Numbered from the stretch's first letter, positions 11,068 to 19,943 are shown. The stretch: DNA of 64,000 nt from Actinophytocola sp. (GCF_050699915.1 NZ_JBOHGA010000005.1:278-64277); one strand, 5' to 3'. Translations and numbers: made by a program. Notes: generated from the sequence alone by a model not told the origin.

Positions 11068-11409
11068 ATGGACCTGACCGCGACTCTAGAGCGGCTGGAC
11101 GCCACGTTCGCCGCGCTGGCGGATCCGACCCGGCGCGCGATCCTCGCCCGGCTCGCGCGCGGCGAGGCGTCGGTCAAGGAGCTGGCCGAGCCGTTCGCGA
11201 TGACGCAGCCGGCCATCTCCAAGCACCTCAAGGTCCTCGAGCGCGCCGGCCTCGTCTCGCGCGGCCGCGACGCGCAGCGGCGGCCCTGCCGGCTGGAGGC
11301 CCAGCCCCTGCGCGACGCCGCCGAATGGCTCGTCGGGTACCGCCAGTTCTGGGCCGAGAGCTACGAGCGCCTCGAGTCGCTCCTCGGCGACCTGCGGGAG
11401 GAACCGTGA
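11068..11409 (+). CDS. ArsR/SmtB family transcriptional regulator
   Basis: FAALADPTRRAIL, MTQPAISKHLKVLERAGLV; GGAGG upstream. Confidence 0.92.
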   Translation: MDLTATLERLDATFAALADPTRRAILARLARGEASVKELAEPFAMTQPAISKHLKVLERAGLVSRGRDAQRRPCRLEAQPLRDAAEWLVGYRQFWAESYERLESLLGDLREEP

Positions 11410-11894
11410 TCGTCAGCACCCCGAGCGACCGCGAGATCGCGCTCACCAAGGAGTTCGCCGCCCCGCGCCGGCTCGTGTTCGACGCGCACACCAGGCCCGA
11501 GCTGCTCAAGCGGTGGTTCGGCCCGCACGACTGGCGGCTCGTCGTCTGCGAGATCGACCTGCGCCCCGGCGGGACCTGGTACTACCTCATGCGCGGCCCG
11601 GGCGGCGCGGAGATGACCCTGCGCGGCACCTACCTGGAGATCGTCCACCCGGAGCGCATCGTCACCACGGAGTCCAATGTGGACTGCGACGCCCGCGCCG
11701 AGCACGAGTCGCTCGCCACCGTGGTCCTCGTCGAGCACGGCGGGCGCACCACGCTGACCAACACCGTTCGCTTCCCCAGCAAGGAGATCCGCGACGCCGT
11801 GCTCGAGTCCGGGATGGCGCGCGGGGTGGGGGAGGGCTTCGACCGCCTCGCCGACCTGCTGGCTACGAGCCGGGAGTCGCCGGCAGACCGATGA
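11406..11894 (+). CDS. SRPBCC/AHSA1-like protein
   Basis: DREIALTKEFAAPRRLVFDAHT, WFGP, DLRPGG; GTGA overlap with ArsR, a common pairing. Confidence 0.9.
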   Translation: MIVSTPSDREIALTKEFAAPRRLVFDAHTRPELLKRWFGPHDWRLVVCEIDLRPGGTWYYLMRGPGGAEMTLRGTYLEIVHPERIVTTESNVDCDARAEHESLATVVLVEHGGRTTLTNTVRFPSKEIRDAVLESGMARGVGEGFDRLADLLATSRESPADR

Positions 11895-12576
11895 TCCCGA
11901 GCGCGGTCAGCGCGTCGAGCAGGTCGGCGACGTCGTGGTCGTCCAGCGACTCGCGGATGTGCTGCCACAGCATCAGGTTCGTCGCCGCCCAGCGGGAGTA
12001 GGCGGCCGCCGCGTCCGGGTTGTAGAAGTAGTAGCCGTCGTCGTGCACGGACTGCTGCTCGCCGACGATCTTGTCGGCGAGCTCCCGCAAGGTGATGCCG
12101 TTCTCCTGCAGGTACCTGTGCGACAGCATCACCGGGGTCACCGGCAGCGCCTTGAACAGCGTGTCGGCGTCTGAGAGCGCCTGTGCCTCCACCGAGATGC
12201 GCGGTCCGCGGTTGGCCATCTCCGCCTCGATCACGATGTCGTCGATCCATCGCGCGGTGGCCGGCCCGATACCGGCGCGGGCGAGCACGTCGAGTCGCAG
12301 CCGCTCGCCGGCCGACGCGGCGGAGTTGCGCCGCACGAGGTAGTTGACGTCGTGCACGAGGGCGGCCGTCTCCACGACGCTGACTTCGGCGCCGTTGGCC
12401 CGGGCGAAGTGCACGGCCTTGGCCCGGACGAAGCTCACGTGGTGCCAGCCGTGGAAGGGCAGGCGCTGCGCGTAGCGCGCGCACAGCCGGCGGACCTGCA
12501 TGTCGACCGACGCCAGCACCCCAGGCGGAACGGCCGGGACGGCCGTCCGTACCGGTACGGCGTTCTCGGTGTGCAT
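11863..12576 (-). CDS. HD-domain metal-dependent phosphohydrolase
   Basis: FHGWHH, AALVHDV and ALSDAD motifs; GGAGG RBS before ATG. Confidence 0.8.
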   Translation of the reverse strand: MHTENAVPVRTAVPAVPPGVLASVDMQVRRLCARYAQRLPFHGWHHVSFVRAKAVHFARANGAEVSVVETAALVHDVNYLVRRNSAASAGERLRLDVLARAGIGPATARWIDDIVIEAEMANRGPRISVEAQALSDADTLFKALPVTPVMLSHRYLQENGITLRELADKIVGEQQSVHDDGYYFYNPDAAAAYSRWAATNLMLWQHIRESLDDHDVADLLDALTALGIIGLPATPGS

Positions 12577-12585
12577 CCAGCCTCC

Positions 12586-12615
12586 CCAGCACCCCGCCCA
12601 CCGACGGGGTGCTGG
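12586..12615. other. Perfect 11-bp hairpin immediately 5' of the HD gene RBS
   Basis: ccagcaccccg-N8-cggggtgctgg. Confidence 0.65.
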
Positions 12616-12708
12616 ATGATGGTAGACGCCGCGTGCGGCCCATGTCTGCTGTCGGAGTTCCTCCAGGTGGCTGAATGCGGAATGGGTCAGGGAATGGTCA
12701 CGCTCGGT

Positions 12709-13347
12709 TCACAGGCGGCTCGCCAGTTTCTCCAGCCGACTCTCGACCGGGACGTGGCGCTGGCTCTCGTGGGTGTCGGGGTCGTAGGACAGGCTCCACG
12801 GCGTCACCTCGCGGGACTTCACGAGGAACGTCATGGTGCCGTCCGCGGCGCGGGGGATCCGGTGGAAGTCCGACGCGAGCAGGAAGGCGGACGCGCCGAC
12901 CGGACACGGCGTGGCGGTCACCAGCTCCGCCGACCGGACCAGCTCGGTGCCCGGGTTGATCGTCGCGGCGTAGCGTTCGTGCAGGTAGCCGCCGCGCAGG
13001 ATCGTCGTGCAGAAGTGGTAGCGGTGGTTGTGCACGGAGTCGGCGTAGCCCACCCGCCAGTCCCGCTGCTCCTTGTACTCGTGCAGCCAGAACGTGAACG
13101 GCTCGTCCGCCACGTCGCGCAGACACCAGGCGAAGTGGGTCGTCGTCTCGCGCGACCGTCTGATGACCGCCGCGGCCTGCTCGTCGGGTAACTCCAGCAG
13201 GTGGTGGCGCAAGCTGGCGCGAAGCCCGGGCCGCTCGGCCCAGACCTCGAACCACTTGTCGACGTTGTCCCAGCGCTGGGACAGGTCGAACTCGGCCGAT
13301 CGCAGCTGCTCGGCCAGCTCGCTCAGGGCGGAGACCCTGTTGGGCAC
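12709..13347 (-). CDS. Cupin-fold protein, cysteine-dioxygenase-like (HxH...H)
   Basis: SVHNHRYHFCTTILRGGYLHERY and SDFHRI motifs; starts 6 nt after the upstream stop. Confidence 0.7.
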   Translation of the reverse strand: MPNRVSALSELAEQLRSAEFDLSQRWDNVDKWFEVWAERPGLRASLRHHLLELPDEQAAAVIRRSRETTTHFAWCLRDVADEPFTFWLHEYKEQRDWRVGYADSVHNHRYHFCTTILRGGYLHERYAATINPGTELVRSAELVTATPCPVGASAFLLASDFHRIPRAADGTMTFLVKSREVTPWSLSYDPDTHESQRHVPVESRLEKLASRL

Positions 13348-13353
13348 GAGATA

Positions 13354-14355
13354 TCAGCTCCCCAACTCGGCGGTGACGGAGAACTCCCGGAGGAAGTTGT
13401 AGAACTCGGCGTTCAGCTCGAGGAACTGGTCCTCGGACAGCGGCGTGTTGGTGATCTTCTGGAACTGCTCGATGAAGTCCTTCCGCGAGGTGTCCGGCGT
13501 GATCACCAGGTGGTGCGCGTGCGGCGAGGCGGAGATGCGGGTGAACTCGGCGCGCTCCATGTTGTAGATGAACGAGCCCTCGGAGAAGCGCAGCGTGCGC
13601 GGGAACTCGTTGCTCGCCCGCGCGTCGCTGAAGAGCGTGACCCAGACGCTCTCGTCGAAGATCTCCAGCCGGTCGGTCGGCGGGTCGGAGATCACCGTGA
13701 CCTCCATCCGGGTGCAGCGGCTGCGCGCGAGGTACAGGCCGACCAGCCCGATGCGGATCTCGTCGTGCAGCCGGGAGTGGATGGTGTCGAAGTCGACGTC
13801 CGCCGCCGAATGCCTGATCAGGTATCGGGCCCGTCCGCTGATCCCGCTCAAGTTCCCCGGATCCGCGACCACCGCGCGGAACTCCCACTCCGCCTTGGAC
13901 AGCAGCAGCCGCGCGGCCGCGTGCCGGCCGGAGAACCCGCGGAACAGGTACTGCCGGGTGCCCTGCAGGTCCTGCATCATCAGCCGGTTGAAGGCCGGGT
14001 CGGGTTCCGCCGTTGGCTCGAAGATGTGAGTGGGGAAGAACTCGCGGTTCATCGAGCGGTACTCGGATGCCAGGTCGTGCAGCGCCTGGCGGCTCTCGTC
14101 GATGAGCGGGGTCAGCATCGCGCGCTGGGTGGCGGTGGCCGTGATGAGGGTCTGCCCGAAGCCGACGATCGCCGACACCAGGGTGCCGGTGGATACGGCG
14201 GTGAGCAGGTTCCTGCCCGTACCGGGTGCCATGCCGCTGGTGGCGATCATCGCCGCGCCCGAAATCACCAACAAGATCAGGAGGAGGAGGCCGGTTCTGG
14301 TCCAGAAGATCTCTTGAATCGGGTTCTTGCGGAGGCCCTTGGCTTCCGCGGGCAA
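13354..14355 (-). CDS. Hypothetical 2-TM protein with a cytoplasmic DUF5919/PLD-like domain
   Basis: Two N-terminal hydrophobic segments, then YLFRGFSGR, RAVVADP, PTDRLEIFDESVWV, FPRTLRF, EFTRI. In-frame TTG at 14355 has an AAGGAGGTGA SD (the ORF track starts at GTG 14379). Confidence 0.7.
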   Translation of the reverse strand: MPAEAKGLRKNPIQEIFWTRTGLLLLILLVISGAAMIATSGMAPGTGRNLLTAVSTGTLVSAIVGFGQTLITATATQRAMLTPLIDESRQALHDLASEYRSMNREFFPTHIFEPTAEPDPAFNRLMMQDLQGTRQYLFRGFSGRHAAARLLLSKAEWEFRAVVADPGNLSGISGRARYLIRHSAADVDFDTIHSRLHDEIRIGLVGLYLARSRCTRMEVTVISDPPTDRLEIFDESVWVTLFSDARASNEFPRTLRFSEGSFIYNMERAEFTRISASPHAHHLVITPDTSRKDFIEQFQKITNTPLSEDQFLELNAEFYNFLREFSVTAELGS

Positions 14356-14530
14356 GTAATTCACCTCCTTGGGCGACACTCGATCGGCCGAATGCTCTGA
14401 GTAAATGATCGAGCGCGGGGAGTTACTCTACCCCTGGGGACAATTGTGAGAAATAGGCGAAACGAGTGACCAGCACGGTTACCGATAGCCGCCGTTCGGC
14501 GCCGGGACGCGCCCCTTAAGCTCGCGAACC

Positions 14531-15139
14531 ATGCGCAACGTGAGCAAGGTCCTCCTGGCGGTGGCCGCCGCGGTGAGCCTCACCGGGTGTGTCGCCGACG
14601 AGCAGGCCTCCAGTGAGCCGCCCGGGGACACCGTGAGCTTCCCGCCGCCGAGCACCGAGGAGCCGGCGCCGCCGGAGTCGGAGACCAGCGCGCCGCCGAG
14701 CGACGACGCGAGCACCGCGGTGGAGTGCACCGCGAAGGACATCGAGGTGACCGGCGGGGCGAACGCCCACCCGACGATCACCCTGCCGAAGAACTGCTCC
14801 GCGCCCACCAAGCTGATCGTCGAGGACCTGCAGCCGGGCACCGGCCCGGAGGCCGCCTCGGGTGCCAAGATGCAGGCTCACTACGCGCTGTCCGCGTGGT
14901 CGAGTGGACAGGAGCTGGAGACCTCCTACCCGCCGTCGGGCCAGGGCCCGCTGGACATCCCGACCGTCGGCGAGGGGCTCATCGAGGCGTGGAATCAGGG
15001 CCTGGTGGGCATGAAGCAGGGTGGCCGGCGGCTGATCGTCGCGCCGCCGGAGACCGCCTACGGCGGGCAGCAGGGCCACCAGCTGGCGAACGAGACCCTG
15101 GTGTTCGTCATCGACGCCGTGAAGGTGACCGCCGCCTAG
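14531..15139 (+). CDS. FKBP-type peptidyl-prolyl isomerase lipoprotein
   Basis: Lipobox LTGC, Pro/Ser linker, LIEAWNQGLVGMKQGGRRLIVAPPETAYG, LVFVID. Confidence 0.88.
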   Translation: MRNVSKVLLAVAAAVSLTGCVADEQASSEPPGDTVSFPPPSTEEPAPPESETSAPPSDDASTAVECTAKDIEVTGGANAHPTITLPKNCSAPTKLIVEDLQPGTGPEAASGAKMQAHYALSAWSSGQELETSYPPSGQGPLDIPTVGEGLIEAWNQGLVGMKQGGRRLIVAPPETAYGGQQGHQLANETLVFVIDAVKVTAA

Positions 15140-16130
15140 CTCCGGGCCGGCCGGCGGGTCCGGGGATGAGCAGCAGCTTCCCGGTGGTCCGCCGGCCTTC
15201 GAGGTCCTCGTGGGCCTTGCGGGCGTCGGCGAGCGGATAGCGGCCGCCGATCCGCACGTCGAGGCGACCGCCGGTGATCGCGGAGAACAGCTCCTCGCAG
15301 CGCCAGCGAAACTCTTCTGGCGTCGCGAGGTGGTGCCCGAGCGTGGGCCGGGTGAGGAACACCGAACCGGCCGCGTTCAGCCGCTGCGGGTCCACCGGTG
15401 GCACCGGGCCGCTGGACGCGCCGAACAGCACCAGCATGCCGCGCCGGGCGAGGCAGGCGAGGCTGCGGTCGAACGTGTCCTTGCCGACGCCGTCGTAGAC
15501 CGCCGCGACACCCACGCCGCCGGTGATCCGCTCGACCTCCTCGGCGAAGTCGTTCTCGGTGTAGCGGACGACCTCGTCCGCGCCGGCGCCGCGGGCGAGC
15601 TCCTCCTTCTCGGCGGTGGACACCGTCGCGATCACCTTGCCGCCGCGGGACTTCGCGGTCTGGACGAGCAGCAGCCCGACTCCGCCCGCGGCGGCGTGGA
15701 TCAGCACCGTGTCGCCCGGCTTCACGGGGTAGGTGGACGTCACGAGGTAGTGGGCGGTGAGCCCCTGCAGCATCGACGCCGCGGCGATCTCGTCGGAGAC
15801 GCCGTCCGGGACGGCGAACGCCGAATGGGCCGGCACGATCGCCCGCTGCGCGTAGGACCCCGCCACCTCCGCCCAGGCGACGCGGTCGCCGGCGGCGAAC
15901 CCGGTGACCTCCGGGCCGACCGCGGCGACCACGCCCGCGCCCTCGTTGCCCGGCGTGAACGGCAGGTCCTTCGGGTACAGACCGCGCCGGTGATAGGTGT
16001 CGATGTAGTTGACGCCGGCCGCGGCGACATCCACCAGCAGCTCACCCGTGCCGGGCTCCGGCACGTCGATCCGGGCGAGCTCGAGCACCTCCGGTCCGCC
16101 GGTGGCGCGTACCACGACCGCGTCGACCAC
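15108..16130 (-). CDS. qor: NADPH:quinone oxidoreductase (zeta-crystallin family)
   Basis: GVNYIDTYHRRG, LQGLTAHYL, HAAAGGVG, VYDGVGKDTF, TTGKLLL. Confidence 0.93.
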   Translation of the reverse strand: MVDAVVVRATGGPEVLELARIDVPEPGTGELLVDVAAAGVNYIDTYHRRGLYPKDLPFTPGNEGAGVVAAVGPEVTGFAAGDRVAWAEVAGSYAQRAIVPAHSAFAVPDGVSDEIAAASMLQGLTAHYLVTSTYPVKPGDTVLIHAAAGGVGLLLVQTAKSRGGKVIATVSTAEKEELARGAGADEVVRYTENDFAEEVERITGGVGVAAVYDGVGKDTFDRSLACLARRGMLVLFGASSGPVPPVDPQRLNAAGSVFLTRPTLGHHLATPEEFRWRCEELFSAITGGRLDVRIGGRYPLADARKAHEDLEGRRTTGKLLLIPGPAGRPGARRRSPSRRR

Positions 16131-16169
16131 GTTTGTTCCTCCGCGTGGGTTGTCCAGCTTTCCCGGACC

Positions 16170-17126
16170 CTATCCCGCGGTGGGCACCCGCTTCGCGGCG
16201 AGCCGCTCCGGCCGTGGCCAGCGCACGTTGGTCGCCCAGCCGAACTTCTCGAAGATCCAGATGAGCCGCGCCGAGATGTCGAGCTGCCCGCGCAGCACGC
16301 CGTGCCGGGCGCCGGTCGGGTCGGCGTGGTGGGAGTTGTGCCAGGACTCGCCCATCGACAGGATCGCGAGCGGCCAGAAGTTGGCGGCCTTGTCCCGGCT
16401 CTCGAAAGGCCGCGAGCCGACCATGTGGCAGATCGAGTTCACCGACCAGGTCACGTGGTGCAGGAAGGCGATTCGCACGAGGCCGGCCCAGAACATCGCG
16501 GTGACGCCGCCCCAGACGGACCACGTGATGAGCCCGCCCAGCACGCCCGGCAGCGCGATGGTGGCCACGGTCAGCGGGATGAACAGCTTGTCCACCACGC
16601 GGAGGTCGCGGTCGGTGAGCAGGTCCGGAGCGAAGCGTTCGGCGTTGGTCACGTCGCGCTCGAAGAGCCAGCCCATGTGCGCGTGCCAGAAGCCCTTGGC
16701 GATCGCCGCGGGGGAGGTGCCGAACAGCCAGGGGGAGTGCGGGTCGCCCTCGCGGTCGGAGAAGGCGTGGTGGCGGCGGTGGTCGGCGACCCAGTCGATG
16801 ACCGAGCCCTGCGCGGCCATGCCGCCGGCGACGGCCAGCGCGATCCGCAGCGGCCGCTTGGCCTTGAAGGAGCCGTGGGTGAAGTGGCGGTGGTAGCCAA
16901 CGGTCACGCCGAGGGAGGAGACGAGGTAGAACGCCGCGGCCAGGGAGACGTCGGTCCAGCCGAGCCCCCAGCCCCACAAGAGCGGCACGGCAGCGACCAG
17001 CGCGAGGAACGGGATGAGGATGAAGAGCTTCACGACATACGTCTCCGGCAGCGAGCGCCGGCGACCGATCAGGGGTTTGGGCTGGGGACGGGGTTCCTCG
17101 CGCTGGGGCGAGAGCGTGGCAGTGAT
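16170..17126 (-). CDS. Acyl-CoA (delta-9-type) fatty acid desaturase; start ambiguous (ATC 17126 or GTG 17033)
   Basis: His boxes GYHRHFTH, DHRRHH, ESWHNSHH. Confidence 0.9.
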   Translation of the reverse strand: MTATLSPQREEPRPQPKPLIGRRRSLPETYVVKLFILIPFLALVAAVPLLWGWGLGWTDVSLAAAFYLVSSLGVTVGYHRHFTHGSFKAKRPLRIALAVAGGMAAQGSVIDWVADHRRHHAFSDREGDPHSPWLFGTSPAAIAKGFWHAHMGWLFERDVTNAERFAPDLLTDRDLRVVDKLFIPLTVATIALPGVLGGLITWSVWGGVTAMFWAGLVRIAFLHHVTWSVNSICHMVGSRPFESRDKAANFWPLAILSMGESWHNSHHADPTGARHGVLRGQLDISARLIWIFEKFGWATNVRWPRPERLAAKRVPTAG

Positions 17127-17173
17127 GAGCTCGACGACCTCGTAACTCGGCCGGGACGCGGCCTCTCAACGTT

Positions 17174-17197
17174 ACCTACGGTTACGTAGCCGTAGGT
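17174..17197. promoter_or_regulatory. 24-bp near-perfect palindrome upstream of the desaturase, probable TF operator
   Basis: acctacggttacgtagccgtaggt; 2 mismatches against its reverse complement. Confidence 0.65.
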
Positions 17198-17218
17198 TCA
17201 CGTCTCACGGTAGGTCGT

Positions 17219-18184
17219 TCAGGGCGTGGGCGCCACAAGCGCGTCGTCGCCTTCACGCCGATCCGACACCGGCCGGCCGTAGCCGCGGATCCCGCACCAC
17301 AGCGAGGCAGTCGCGACGATCACCGTCATCGCGCCGAGCACGTGCAGCGACACGAGCAGCTCCGGGACGCCGGCCCAGAACTGCACGAGGCCGATGGTTC
17401 CCTGCGCGAGCACCACGCCGACCAGCACCTGGTAGCGGCGCCACGGGGCGTTCGGCAGGCCGCGAAGCAGGAAGCCGAGCAGCACCAGCGAGCCGAGGAA
17501 GGCGTAGAGGAACGACGCGTGCACGTGGGCCAACGTCTCGACCGGCAGGTCCAGTCGTGGCGTGTCCGGGTCGCCGCCGTGCGGGCCGGCGCCGGTGACC
17601 ATGGTTCCGGTGACGAGCAGGCCGGCGAGGAGCGCGGTCTGCACGTAGAGCCAGGCGCCGACCGGCCGGCTGCCGGCGCCCGGTCGTGCGTCGTCGCCGG
17701 GCACGGCGTGCACGAGGAGGGTGGCGAGCCAGACCATGACGGTCGAGGCGAGCAGGTGGATGGCCACGGTCCACCAGACGAGGTCGAGCCGGACGGTGAC
17801 CCCGCCGAGCACGGCCTGCACCACCACGCCGACGGGCATGGCGATCGCGAGGCGCAGGTAGCGCCGGTCGCGCGGCTTGTTCAGCAGCGCGAGCACCAAC
17901 GCGGCGCCGGCGACGATCCCGACGATGCCGGTGAACAGCCGGTTGCCGTACTCGATCCACTGGTGCAGCGCGGCGTACTCGGGGTGCGCGACCGGCACCA
18001 TGCTGCCGGGGAAACATTCCGGCCAGGTGGGGCAGCCGAGCCCGGAACCGGTGACGCGCACGACGGCCCCGGTCATCGCGATGAGCGCCTGCGTGGCGAC
18101 TACCGCGATCGCGACGCCCAGCTGCAACCGCCGGCTTGGGCTTGGCAGGCGACCGATACGGGCCCGCAACGAGTCGAACGACAC
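17219..18184 (-). CDS. ctaA: COX15/CtaA family heme A synthase
   Basis: GAVVRVTGSGLGCPTWPEC, IEYGNRLFT, HLLAS, TGAGPHGGD, HVLGA. Confidence 0.9.
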   Translation of the reverse strand: MSFDSLRARIGRLPSPSRRLQLGVAIAVVATQALIAMTGAVVRVTGSGLGCPTWPECFPGSMVPVAHPEYAALHQWIEYGNRLFTGIVGIVAGAALVLALLNKPRDRRYLRLAIAMPVGVVVQAVLGGVTVRLDLVWWTVAIHLLASTVMVWLATLLVHAVPGDDARPGAGSRPVGAWLYVQTALLAGLLVTGTMVTGAGPHGGDPDTPRLDLPVETLAHVHASFLYAFLGSLVLLGFLLRGLPNAPWRRYQVLVGVVLAQGTIGLVQFWAGVPELLVSLHVLGAMTVIVATASLWCGIRGYGRPVSDRREGDDALVAPTP

Positions 18185-18222
18185 GGCCCAGATCGTAGGC
18201 AGGGCGGGCGGGCCGGCCCCGG

Positions 18223-18999
18223 TCAGGCCAGCTTGGTGGTGCGCGCGGCGAGCAGGGCGGCGACCGCGCCCCAGCCGAACAGGACCGCGAAGGCCGACCA
18301 CCCGGGCACCGCGCCGTCGACGAGCGCCACCCGCAGGCCCTCGGCCAACGCACCAGAGGGCAGCAGGCCGACGATCGTGCTCAGCCCGTCCGGCATCGAC
18401 GCGACCGGCACCGCGAGGCCGCCCGCCAGCAGCAGCACGAACCACACGATGTTGGCCAGTGCCAACACGACATCCGCCTTCAGCGCGCCGCCCAGCAGCA
18501 CGCCCAACGCGCCGAACGCGAGCGTGCCCAAGATCACCAGCAGCACCGCCCAGCCGATGCCCGCTGCGGACGGGGACCAGCCGAGCACGGCCGCCACGAC
18601 CGCGAGCACCACCAGCTGGATCGCCACCACGACGAGGCCGGCGATGGTCCGCCCGCCGACCAGCAGCCAGCGCGGCAGCGCGGTGGCCGCGAGGCGCTTG
18701 AGCACGCCGTAGCGCCGGTCGAAGCCGAGCGCGATGGCCTGGCCGGTGAACGCGGACGACATCACCGCCAGCGCGAAGATCCGCGGCGCCACCGAGTCGA
18801 TGCGTGGCTCCGGCACGGAGAAGACGTCGAGCACGGTCAGCCCGATCAGCAGCGCGAGCGGGATGAGCAGGGTGAGCAGGATCTGCTCGCTGTTGCGCAG
18901 CGTCAGCATCGCCTCGGTGCGCACGTGGATGGCGAGCATGTGGCCCACCCGGCCGCGACCGGGTGCCGGGGTGAAGGTGCCGGCGGGGAACGTGGTCAT
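18223..18999 (-). CDS. ABC-2 type transporter permease
   Basis: LRNSEQILLT, FTGQAIALGFDRRYGVLKRL; multiple TM segments. Confidence 0.9.
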   Translation of the reverse strand: MTTFPAGTFTPAPGRGRVGHMLAIHVRTEAMLTLRNSEQILLTLLIPLALLIGLTVLDVFSVPEPRIDSVAPRIFALAVMSSAFTGQAIALGFDRRYGVLKRLAATALPRWLLVGGRTIAGLVVVAIQLVVLAVVAAVLGWSPSAAGIGWAVLLVILGTLAFGALGVLLGGALKADVVLALANIVWFVLLLAGGLAVPVASMPDGLSTIVGLLPSGALAEGLRVALVDGAVPGWSAFAVLFGWGAVAALLAARTTKLA

Positions 19000-19934
19000 C
19001 AGCGCAGTTCCCGTCCCGTCAGCTCCAGGAAGACGTCCTCGAGGCTGCGCCGGCCGACGTGCAGCTCCTCGGCCAGCACGCCCTGTTGCGCGCACCAGGC
19101 GGTCACGGCCGACACCACCTGCGGGTCCACCTTGCCGGTCAGCAGGTACGCGCCCGGAGTCAGCTCGACGATGCTGCAGTCGTCCGGCAGCGCCGCGCAC
19201 AGCTGGCTCGTGTCCAGACCCGGCTGCGCGCGGAAGCGGAGCTGCGCGGCCTCCGGCTGCTCGGCGGTGAGCTGGCGCGGGCTGCCCTCGGCGACCACCC
19301 GACCGCGGTCGATGATCACCACATGGTCGGCCAGCTCCTCGGCCTCCTCCATCGCGTGCGTGGTCAGCAGCACCGAGACGCCGTCCGCGCGCAGGGCCGA
19401 CACCAGCTCCCACACCAGCCGCCGTGCCTGTGGATCCAGGCCCGCGGTCGGCTCGTCGAGGAACACCAGCTCCGGGCGACCCACCAGCGCGCACGCCAGC
19501 GACAGCCGCTGCTGCTGACCGCCGGAGAGCCGCTTGTACGGCGTCCGGCGCGCGGCGGACAGGCCCAGCACCTCGATGAGCCACGCCGGGTCGATCGGGT
19601 TCGCCGCGCACGCGGCCACGAGCGCGAGCATCTCCTCGGCGCGGACGCCCGGGTACGCGCCGCCGCCCTGCGGCATCACGCCGATCCGCGGGCGCAGCCG
19701 CTCGCCGTCGGTGGTCGGGTCCAGGCCGAGCACGCGCACCGAGCCCGCGTCGCGGCCCAGGAAGCCCTCGCAGATCTCGATCGTCGTCGTCTTCCCGGCA
19801 CCGTTCGGACCCAGCAACGCGAGCACCTGCCCGGGCAGCAGCCGCAGGTCCAACCCGTCCACCGCGACGGTCGATCCGAAACGCCGGACCAGACCCGACA
19901 CGTCAACCGCGGGATCAGGGGTGCTGGCGCTCAC
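18999..19934 (-). CDS. ABC transporter ATP-binding protein
   Basis: GPNGAGKTT, LSGGQQQ, FLDEPTAGLD. Confidence 0.95.
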   Translation of the reverse strand: MSASTPDPAVDVSGLVRRFGSTVAVDGLDLRLLPGQVLALLGPNGAGKTTTIEICEGFLGRDAGSVRVLGLDPTTDGERLRPRIGVMPQGGGAYPGVRAEEMLALVAACAANPIDPAWLIEVLGLSAARRTPYKRLSGGQQQRLSLACALVGRPELVFLDEPTAGLDPQARRLVWELVSALRADGVSVLLTTHAMEEAEELADHVVIIDRGRVVAEGSPRQLTAEQPEAAQLRFRAQPGLDTSQLCAALPDDCSIVELTPGAYLLTGKVDPQVVSAVTAWCAQQGVLAEELHVGRRSLEDVFLELTGRELR

Positions 19935-19943
19935 GCGCTAAGG

